Assembly (NCBI GenBank): GCA_934141475.1 | Contig: CAKPCG010000005.1 | Coordinates: 1,962 to 65,961 of the forward strand | Length of the DNA: 64,000 bases | Source: an uncultured Clostridia bacterium | GTDB lineage: Bacteria; Bacillota; Clostridia; TANB77; CAG-508 | Direction: 5' to 3' | Shown here: one piece after another, positions 29,893 through 37,756 of the stretch | How positions within the stretch are numbered: position 1 is the first letter of the stretch | Layout of the letters: each line of letters opens with the position of its first letter | The notes under the pieces: model-generated | What the model was told of the DNA's origin: nothing | Seen by the model: the letters and a program-made list of their open reading frames with translations, nothing else | Databases searched by the model: none | Program-made: the position numbers and the translations under genes

Positions 29893-30096
29893 TTACATTC
29901 TGTCTATAAATTGTTTTATTTTGTCTTTGACATACTGTTTGTTTTGTTGCACATAATTTCCAACAAATGCTCCCATAACTATTAATATAATTGCAACTAT
30001 TAGATTGTATAATCTGGTTATTAAGATTAATATTGCAAGTACTATTCCTATTATTGCTCCTTTGTAGTTGTTCCAAAAATCTTTCAAACTTTCCAT
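29893..30096 (-). CDS. Small DUF2273-type membrane protein
   Basis: 67 aa with two TM helices, in the Asp23-AmaP neighbourhood. Confidence 0.6.
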   Translation of the reverse strand: MESLKDFWNNYKGAIIGIVLAILILITRLYNLIVAIILIVMGAFVGNYVQQNKQYVKDKIKQFIDRM

Positions 30097-30132
30097 CTAA
30101 ATATCCCTTTCTAAATTTTATGTTATTTTTCT

Positions 30133-30687
30133 TTATTCTTTGTCTTTTGATTTATCGTCTGATATATTTTTTATTTTTACGTTTACTTCTTTTACTTCAA
30201 GGTCAGATGTTTTCTTTATTGCTTCTTTTATTTTATTTTGCATATTTACAGTGATTTCTTTTATTATTACATCTTTACTTACAACTAGGTTAACATTTAC
30301 AATTAAGTTGTTTAATGTGTCTAAATCAATATCAACAGATACATCTTCAACACTTTCAAATCCTTTTACAACTGATTGAACTATGTTTTCTATTGTTGGT
30401 TTAGAAATTAGAAGTTTTCCATTATCATTTTGCATTAAAACTCCTTGAGCTTTTTTATTTTCATTTTCTGATGAATCAAAAAATATGCACTTTATGCTAC
30501 ATAATAAGCATACTATTTCTAATCCAAGCACAATTTTAGATGTTTGGCTTCCTGTTAATATTAACCCTAATAATGTTCCTACTGTTCCTATTTTTACCCA
30601 TCCAAGAATTATACATATTACTAATATTGATTGTAGAAACATTAGTACTGAAAATAATGCTAATATTACCTTGTCTAATTTCTTCAT
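30133..30687 (-). CDS. amaP: Alkaline shock response membrane anchor protein
   Basis: N-terminal TM helices plus an Asp23-like tail, directly downstream of asp23. Confidence 0.65.
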   Translation of the reverse strand: MKKLDKVILALFSVLMFLQSILVICIILGWVKIGTVGTLLGLILTGSQTSKIVLGLEIVCLLCSIKCIFFDSSENENKKAQGVLMQNDNGKLLISKPTIENIVQSVVKGFESVEDVSVDIDLDTLNNLIVNVNLVVSKDVIIKEITVNMQNKIKEAIKKTSDLEVKEVNVKIKNISDDKSKDKE

Positions 30688-30725
30688 TTTATTATCATCC
30701 TTTCAATAATAGCTCTTTTTATCTT

Positions 30726-31175
30726 TTAGATATTTTCTTCATTATTTGAGCTACTTTCCTCTGTTTCATTTTCTTCTTTTTCTTCTGTTAAACTTTCTGT
30801 ATTAACACCTTGTACATGTACATTTACTTCTTCTACTTTTAGTCCTGTCATATTTTCTACTGCTGTTTTTACTCTATTTTGAATTTCAAAAGCTACATCT
30901 GGAATTCTTGCTCCATATTCTACTATTATGTTTACATCAATTTTTGCTTTATTTCCTGTTGCATCTACTTTTATTCCCTTTGCAAGATTTTTCTTTCCTT
31001 TTAAAACTTCTGTTATTCCTCCTGCAAATCCTCCTGCCATACCAAATACTCCTGGTACTTCTGATACTGCAACACCAGCTATTACTGCTATTACATCACT
31101 TGATATTTTTATTCCTTCTGTTTCGTTTCCTACTTCTTCTATGTTTTCTACTTCTTCAATTTTATTTTCTTCCAT
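30726..31175 (-). CDS. Asp23/Gls24 family envelope stress protein
   Basis: ISSDVIAVIAGVAVSEVPGV..VDVNIIVEYG..IPDVA..IQNRVK. Confidence 0.85.
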   Translation of the reverse strand: MEENKIEEVENIEEVGNETEGIKISSDVIAVIAGVAVSEVPGVFGMAGGFAGGITEVLKGKKNLAKGIKVDATGNKAKIDVNIIVEYGARIPDVAFEIQNRVKTAVENMTGLKVEEVNVHVQGVNTESLTEEKEENETEESSSNNEENI

Positions 31176-31277
31176 ATTTTTTCCTCCTTTTAAAATTGAT
31201 ATATGTAGTATATCAATTTTTTTAAAATTTTACAACTGTTTTTGCAAAAATTGTTTGTTTTTTAGTCTTTTGTCATG

Positions 31278-31870
31278 CTATTCAAATATTGGCTTACCAT
31301 TTTCTAAATTGCTAATATTCCTGCAGCATAATATCCCGAAGATTCGTTTACTCTTTTATCTATTTTACCATTATTCTTGCATAAGCTAATTTCAATGTTT
31401 TCGCTGCTTATTTCTGCACATATACCTCCGCGTAGCTGATCTTGATGATATGTCTTCATTATTTTCACAATTTTCAATTTTTAACTGCTTTCCTGATGTT
31501 GTTTCTATTTTTCTCATTTCCAATTCCTATAAATCCATCGCCACTGGTTACTAGATTTTTTATAGTTGTATATCCATTTTCGTCTGGAACATAACCTGAT
31601 GATGTTTGTTTATACTTTGCATTTTCATTTCTATAAGAATTGTTTTCTCCACTAAACCATAGGCTTCTACCTAGTTCTACTGTATCTCCTTCATAACTGT
31701 TTGCACCAGAATCTACCTCATAAGAAAATGCAACTAAATCTTCTATACTATTTATCTGCCAAGTATGTTCATCTATTTTCTCTAATTTTCCCGGATGTTC
31801 ATCAACTTTTAGTTCATCATCTTATCCTCCTTTGTTTTCGATTTTATATTACCATACCTAGTTTTTTATT
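31278..31870 (-). pseudogene. Decayed deletion derivative of a GLUG-family gene. It keeps the 5' UTR/RBS, the central conserved module, two GLUG motifs and the C-terminal LENGKPIFE.
   Basis: Own translation gives ..DDELKVDEHPGKLEKIDEHTWQINSIEDLVAFSYEVDSGANSYEGDTVELGRSLWFSGENNSYRNENA.., which matches GLUG-A/B. The upstream GTATGG..ACAAAGGAGGATAAGATG matches the GLUG-A leader. There are several frame breaks, one of which is again C+GG (plus 31430). Confidence 0.8.
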
Positions 31871-31989
31871 TCAACTTTTTAATAAAAAAAATTCTTACAA
31901 CTATAATTTTACAGATAATGATATTTTCAATTTTTTAACTCAAAAAAAATTGAAATACTATTCAAAAATAGTATCTCAATTTTCTTTAA

Positions 31990-33423
31990 TTATATTTTTA
32001 AAACTCCACCAATTGTTTTGCTTGTTGTAGCATCTGGTAACATTTGGCTTCCTCCAGTAATTACTACTGTATCTCCACTTTCAAGAATTTCTTTATTTTT
32101 TAATTTTTCTATTCCTGCTTCGATTGTTGTATCTATATCTTTTCCAGATTCAACTAATATTGGTGTAACGTTCCATACTAATGCTAATTGACGGTATGTT
32201 CTCTTGTTGTCTGTTATTGCTAAAATTGGGCATCCAGCTCCTAATCCAGCTAATCTCTTTGCTGTTTTTCCTGTATTTGTATAGCATACAATTGCATCTG
32301 CATTTAATACTTTTGCTGATACACATGCTGAATATGCAACTTTATCTTCATATGATAATAATTCGATGTCTTTGTTTTCATCAAATCTCTTCCAGTAATT
32401 TATTTCTGGTTCTACTCTGTTTGCAATTTTTACCATTGTTTCAACACATTCTACTGGGTAATCACCTTGAGCACATTCTCCAGATAGCATTATTGCACTT
32501 GTTCTGTCGAATATTGCATTTGCTACGTCTGATGCTTCTGCTCTTGTTGGTAATGGTTGATGTGTCATTGATTCTAACATTTGTGTAGCTGTTATTGCTG
32601 GTTTGTATATTTTGTTAGATGTTTTTATTATTCTTTTTTGAACTACTGGTGGTTCTGTGAAGTCTGTTTCTGTAGCCATATCTCCACGAGCTATCATTTG
32701 TCCGTCAGCTTCGTTTAAGATATCATCTAAGTTTGATAATCCTTCTACGTTTTCTATTTTTGTTATTATTTGGATATCTTTTCCACCATTTTCATCTAAT
32801 ATTTTTCTTACTTGTCTTATATCATCTAAATTTCTTGCAAATGATATTGCTACGAAATCATAGTTATGTTCACATGCTGTTTTTAAATCTTCTATATCTT
32901 TTTCAGCAAGTCCTGGTAATCTTATTATTGTTCCAGGTAAATTCATTGTTTTTCTACTTCCTAATCCATTTCCATGAACTACTGTTGTTACAATGTCTTT
33001 TCCTACAACTTCGTCAACTTTTAATTCTATTGCTCCGTCATCTATTAAGATTTTTGTTCCTGGTTTTACATCTTTGTATAAATCTTTATATGTTACAGAA
33101 ACTTTTTCTTCGTTTCCTTCTATATCATCATTTACTAGTGTGAATTTTTGTCCATCTTTTAATTGAATTTTTGTATTTTTTCCTGTGTATAGCATTCCAG
33201 TTCTGATTTCTGGACCTTTCATGTCTAGTAACATTGGGATTGGTAATTCTTTTTCTTCTCTTATTTTCATTATTGTTTCAGATTTTTCTGATTGTTCATC
33301 CCAACTACCATGTGAGTAGTTTATTCTACAAACATTTAATCCGGCATCAAATAATTCTTCTAGTTTGTTTTCACTAGCTGGTCCTATTGTTCCTACAATT
33401 TTTGTTTTTCTTAAAGCTTTCAT
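31990..33423 (-). CDS. pyk: Pyruvate kinase
   Basis: KTKIVGTIGPAS..MLLDMKGPEIRTG..MIARGDM. Confidence 0.95.
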   Translation of the reverse strand: MKALRKTKIVGTIGPASENKLEELFDAGLNVCRINYSHGSWDEQSEKSETIMKIREEKELPIPMLLDMKGPEIRTGMLYTGKNTKIQLKDGQKFTLVNDDIEGNEEKVSVTYKDLYKDVKPGTKILIDDGAIELKVDEVVGKDIVTTVVHGNGLGSRKTMNLPGTIIRLPGLAEKDIEDLKTACEHNYDFVAISFARNLDDIRQVRKILDENGGKDIQIITKIENVEGLSNLDDILNEADGQMIARGDMATETDFTEPPVVQKRIIKTSNKIYKPAITATQMLESMTHQPLPTRAEASDVANAIFDRTSAIMLSGECAQGDYPVECVETMVKIANRVEPEINYWKRFDENKDIELLSYEDKVAYSACVSAKVLNADAIVCYTNTGKTAKRLAGLGAGCPILAITDNKRTYRQLALVWNVTPILVESGKDIDTTIEAGIEKLKNKEILESGDTVVITGGSQMLPDATTSKTIGGVLKI

Positions 33424-33539
33424 TTTTTAATTCCTCCTTATAAATTTACAACTTTTGCTATTATAGCACAATTTATAGTATTTATTCAATACTTTTTTTA
33501 TTTTTTTATTTTAAACTAGATTTAAATTATATAATTTAC

Positions 33540-34310
33540 CTAATTATTTATTCTAATTATTCTTTTTACTTTATTTGTTTCATCTTCAACTTCAAATAAT
33601 ATACTATTAAGCATTCCTTCTCCTGTTTCTATTTTGTATCTTTCTGGTAAAGATGTTGTAAATCTCTTTAAAGCCACTTCTTTAGACATTCCAAGTATTC
33701 CATTTTTTGGTCCTGTCATACCTATGTCTGTTATAAATGCTGTTCCTTTTTCTAAAATTTGTTCATCAGCTGTTTGTGTATGTGTATGTGTTCCAAAAAC
33801 TATTGTTGCTTCTCCATCTAAGTAATATCCCATTGCCTTTTTTTCTCCAGTTGCTTCTGCATGGAAGTCAAGTACTATAATATCTACCTCATTTTTTATC
33901 TTTTCTACAATTTCCTTTACTACAGAAAATGGATTATCTATTAATATGTTTATTTCCGCTCTTCCTAAAGCATTTATAACCGCTATTTTTTTATTTTTAC
34001 ATTTATAAATATTATATCCCTTTCCACATACCTCTTTTGGGTAATTTGCAGGTCTAATTAGTTTGGGATTATCTATAAATTTAAATATTTCTTTTTTTCC
34101 CCATGTATGATTTCCCATTGTTACACAATCTGCGCCTGCAGATATTATGTCATTAAAATTTTTTTCTGTAATTCCCATTCCTTCTGCTGCATTTTCACCA
34201 TTAACTATTACAAAATCTATATTATAGTCTTTTTTTATTTTTTGAAGTTTTTTTTGAAGTTCTTTAACTCCAACTGAGCCTACTATATCTCCTACTGCTA
34301 ATATATTCAT
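33540..34310 (-). CDS. ymdB: YmdB-type metallophosphoesterase (TIGR00282 family)
   Basis: MNILAVGDIVGSVG..FVIVNGENAAEGMGIT.. GTHTHTQTADE. Confidence 0.9.
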   Translation of the reverse strand: MNILAVGDIVGSVGVKELQKKLQKIKKDYNIDFVIVNGENAAEGMGITEKNFNDIISAGADCVTMGNHTWGKKEIFKFIDNPKLIRPANYPKEVCGKGYNIYKCKNKKIAVINALGRAEINILIDNPFSVVKEIVEKIKNEVDIIVLDFHAEATGEKKAMGYYLDGEATIVFGTHTHTQTADEQILEKGTAFITDIGMTGPKNGILGMSKEVALKRFTTSLPERYKIETGEGMLNSILFEVEDETNKVKRIIRINN

Positions 34311-35083
34311 CTTTTCCTCCTAACTTTTTTTATATATTTTACTATCTTCTTTAATAAAATGCAACAAAAATTTTCTTGTATTTCTTCTTCATTATCTTTG
34401 GACTCATATTCATTTATATATTCTATATTTTCTTCCCTTTCTCCCATAACTAATAATCTATGTGTATTTATTCCATATGGTGTACAAGTTATTAAGGTTA
34501 CTAAATCTTTATTTTCTTTTATTTGTAATTCATTTGTTTCATCAGGAAGAATTGTTTTTATTTCATATATTTTGTATTTTAATTTTTTATTTAATACATA
34601 AATATAAAAATAATCGTCTTTTTTTAATTCTGTAAGTCTTGTAAATAATTTAGCAATTTTCATTCCAGTGTGCCCTGTAAGTATAGAGTGAGAATCTTTT
34701 GTACCTATTGGAAATGAGCTATTTTCTAAATGGCCTATTCCTTTTTTTAATGTTTCTTTATCTGTTCCGTGATATATTGGAAGATATAAACTTATTTTAG
34801 GAATTTCAATATATGCCATCACACCATTTTTCTCTATATTTAATATTTCTTTGTATTGTTTTTCTATTTTTGAATTATCTATTAGACTCTTATTATAAAG
34901 ATAAGCTTCTTCAAATTTTTCTTCAATTTCTTTTTCTTCTTTGGATAGTATTTCTTCTTTATATTCTTTTATAATTTCATTTTGATTTTTTTGAATAAAA
35001 TAATTACTTATTTTAGGATATACAATTAAAATTATTCCACCTAAAATAAGAATAATTGAGATAATTATTTCTTTTCTTTTCAT
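34307..35083 (-). CDS. Class C (pilin-polymerising) sortase
   Basis: N-terminal TM, SILTGHTG, TLITCTPYGINTHRLLV (TLxTC active site). The stop overlaps the ymdB start by 4 nt. Confidence 0.85.
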   Translation of the reverse strand: MKRKEIIISIILILGGIILIVYPKISNYFIQKNQNEIIKEYKEEILSKEEKEIEEKFEEAYLYNKSLIDNSKIEKQYKEILNIEKNGVMAYIEIPKISLYLPIYHGTDKETLKKGIGHLENSSFPIGTKDSHSILTGHTGMKIAKLFTRLTELKKDDYFYIYVLNKKLKYKIYEIKTILPDETNELQIKENKDLVTLITCTPYGINTHRLLVMGEREENIEYINEYESKDNEEEIQENFCCILLKKIVKYIKKVRRKR

Positions 35084-35091
35084 TTTTTATT

Positions 35092-35118
35092 ATATCTAAT
35101 AAACTATGCAACCTACCT
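35092..35118. repeat. Left arm of a perfect 27-bp inverted repeat, lying between the pilin stop and the sortase start
   Basis: ATATCTAATAAACTATGCAACCTACCT is the exact reverse complement of 36377-36403. Confidence 0.95.
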
Positions 35119-36358
35119 TTATTTTGTATTATTTTCTTTTTTTCTTAAAATTACTGAAATAAATAAAACTATTCCTATAGATACTAAAATTGTACCAGAT
35201 ATGATTAAGAATTTAATTCCATTTCCACCAGTTATTGGTAGTATATATCCTTTAGTATTTTTAACAACAACTTCATAGTCATTATCTTTCTTACCATTTA
35301 AATCGTTGTCTAAAATTTCTACATTAAATGTTTTTGATGCTATATAATAACCGTTCTTTGGCTTTTACTTGTGTTATTTTGTAAATTCCTTCATCTAATC
35401 CTTTTATATATAATTTTCCATTAGAATCTACTTCAAGCTTGGTTATTGCACCTTCTTCTCTTGATTCGGCTAAATAGTATATTCCATCTTCTCCCTTAAT
35501 AAATTCCAAAAATGTTCCATCTCCATCATGTATTTCAAATATACTACCTGGGAGTAAAATATCAGCATCTTCTTTGTCTACAACTTTTAATTCAATCCCA
35601 TAAGTATATACTGTAATTTGATTTGATTTTTGAGTTTGTAAGCCAAATTCATTATATTGATTGTTAGAATAATCTATATATGCTAAGTTGTTATTTTCAT
35701 TTTTTTCTAGGTTTAAATTACTATCTTTACTTAATTTTGCTTTGTAAGTGATTTCTATTGATTTGTATTTTTTTATGATATCATAATCAAAATCCATTAA
35801 AAATGTTACATTTTCTTCTGAGTTTGGTCTTTTTGTATCAAATTTTATATTATATCCCATTATAGATTCTGCTTCATTTCCATCTGTTATTCCACATACT
35901 GTTAATGTATCTTCTTTTAAATTTAATGAATTGTCCATTTTGTCACTTATATAAATTTTATTTGATAAACTATTTTCCAAATATTTAGGAATATCTGCTT
36001 TTATTTTATAATTTATCTCATCTGCTGTACTGTAATTGTCTTTTATTTTTGTATCATCTGTTACTGTTTTGGTAATTGTTGGAATACTTCCCTTTGCGAT
36101 GATATTTTGGTCTTCTATAGTCCAATCACCATCTTTATATGTTGGTATAACATTTATAACAGATGATTCATATACCATATACCCATTTTCAATTGTAATT
36201 AAATATGTTCCCATATCTACATTTGAAACTGTTATATTTCCCTTACAATTGTGTAGTGTTATATTTGCATAACTTTTTTGATTTAAATTAATTATTGATA
36301 TAATAAATATTAAAATTAAACTTATTGATATAATTTTTTGTATTTTATTTTTCTTCAT
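35119..36358 (-). pseudogene. SpaA/CnaB-type sortase-dependent pilin. As sequenced, one extra C (plus 35353) cuts off the E-box and LPITG sorting signal.
   Basis: ORF track 35324..36406. I prefer the start MKKNKIQKI at 36358 behind AAGGAGGA. Removing the C of GAA-CGG gives ..IYKITQVKAKE|GYYIASKTFNVEI..KGYILPITGGNGIKFLIISGTILVSIGIVLFISVILRKKENNTK*. The length of 1240 nt equals 1239+1. Confidence 0.8.
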
Positions 36359-36376
36359 TTTCCTCCTTGTATTTTG

Positions 36377-36403
36377 AGGTAGGTTGCATAGTTTATTAGA
36401 TAT
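36377..36403. repeat. Right arm of the 27-bp inverted repeat, in the pilin leader 9 nt upstream of the RBS
   Basis: AGGTAGGTTGCATAGTTTATTAGATAT is the reverse complement of 35092-35118. Confidence 0.95.
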
Positions 36404-36470
36404 CAACTCCTTTTGATTAAATTTTTTTGAATTAATTAATTTTTGAACTTTGAATTAAGCTAGCTTTCAT

Positions 36471-36499
36471 ATATTAACATATTTTTTGGTTGTTTGCAA
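36471..36499 (-). promoter_or_regulatory. Candidate sigma-A promoter of the pilin-sortase unit, lying outside the inverted-repeat-bounded segment
   Basis: Minus strand reads TTGCAA-17 nt-TAATAT with TGt upstream. Confidence 0.45.
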
Positions 36500-36644
36500 T
36501 AGTTTTTTTGATTTTTTATCATTTCCTTTACAAAATTGCATTTAACTTTTCAATTGACATTTCTTCTATTTAGAATTTCTTTCATTTTTGTATACTGTAA
36601 ATTATAACCATTTTCATATCTTCCTTTTTAAGGATAATTTTTTC

Positions 36645-37553
36645 CTATATATTATTAACTGAATTATCTGATAATATTATTCTTTTCAATTTGTGTTCAG
36701 CACATATTATTTCATCATAAAGTACATTGTATCCAATTTCAGTTACAGTATTAGGATATATTATATTTTCTATACTAGGTAAAGTACAATATCCATCGCC
36801 ATATCCTGATACAAACATCAAACTTACTTCTGTAATTCTATATAATTCCTCATCACCTGTATCTGGATTAGTTAGTTTTACCTTATATGGTATTACTAAA
36901 GTATCTGTTATTCCAGGATAATTTATTTCGTAGTTAGTATCTCCTTCTACCTCTACATCATCTCCATCTTTTCTTGCACCCCTATGGTTACAATATACTT
37001 CCTTTATTCTTGTTATTTTCGCTGTTTTAGTTGGCAAATCTGTATTTTCTCCTTCTTGTGACGTATTATTTAATATTTCATATTCAAATAAATCATTTGG
37101 TGCTATTTGGTCTTCTGTTACTCCTCCTTCACTATATATTCCATCCAAAGAAGTATTACCTTTGTCATCATCTTCTGTTCCTCCTGTTATATCTCCATTT
37201 CCACTTATATTATATGTTTTGTCAACTGTTTTTATAGTCCATCCATCTTTAGAATCTCCTTTTAAATCATAATTTCCTGATTCAACATTATTATTAAGTG
37301 CTTCTCTTAAATTATCATCTGTTATTGTTCCAAGTCCATTAGATACAGCCTCTGCTACTGCTAGCTTTACTTTCTCATCTAATTGGGCTGTTCCATTTGC
37401 ATTTTTGGCTTCTGTTGCTCTGTTTAATATTCCATTTTGACCTGTTAGCATTGCTATACTTATTCCTGCAAGTATTAATAATACTATTATTGTGACAACA
37501 AGTGCTATTAATGTAATACCTTGTTTTTGTTTTAATTTTTCATTAAAAATCAT
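36645..37553 (-). CDS. Protein with the same prepilin-like leader as the GLUG genes plus the beginning of a BspA-type leucine-rich repeat region; probably truncated by a TAG
   Basis: ..KQKQGITLIALVVTIIVLLILAGISIAMLTGQNGILNRATEAK.. The C-terminus IENIIYPNTVTEIGYNVLYDE..LKRIILSDNSVNNI* stops after about 1.5 LRR units. The ATG at 37553 follows GGAGGA. Confidence 0.6.
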   Translation of the reverse strand: MIFNEKLKQKQGITLIALVVTIIVLLILAGISIAMLTGQNGILNRATEAKNANGTAQLDEKVKLAVAEAVSNGLGTITDDNLREALNNNVESGNYDLKGDSKDGWTIKTVDKTYNISGNGDITGGTEDDDKGNTSLDGIYSEGGVTEDQIAPNDLFEYEILNNTSQEGENTDLPTKTAKITRIKEVYCNHRGARKDGDDVEVEGDTNYEINYPGITDTLVIPYKVKLTNPDTGDEELYRITEVSLMFVSGYGDGYCTLPSIENIIYPNTVTEIGYNVLYDEIICAEHKLKRIILSDNSVNNI

Positions 37554-37756
37554 TTTTCTTCCTCCATTTTTCATTGGTATATAACGCTATTAAAATAAAA
37601 CGCACAAAATAAACCCATTATTATAGGCTATTTTGCACGTTTTAATTTATTTTCTTTTTTATAAAATTACTATGTTTATAACAATATATTACCATTTTTT
37701 TATCTTTGAGTTTTCGTACTAAAAGTTTATACTAACATTATCTTCTCATTAAATAA

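Noticed and set aside
29879-30076. 65-aa ORF overlapping the DUF2273-type gene in another frame.
   Set aside because: The 29893..30096 frame gives a clean two-TM membrane protein that fits the conserved Asp23/AmaP neighbourhood. The alternative frame is Asn/Cys-rich with no features.
31197-31219. A 9-bp inverted repeat (ATTGATATA-5 nt-TATATCAAT) overlapping the putative asp23 promoter, considered as an operator.
   Set aside because: It is short and AT-only, so it is plausibly chance in this composition. There is no second copy in the window to support a regulon motif.
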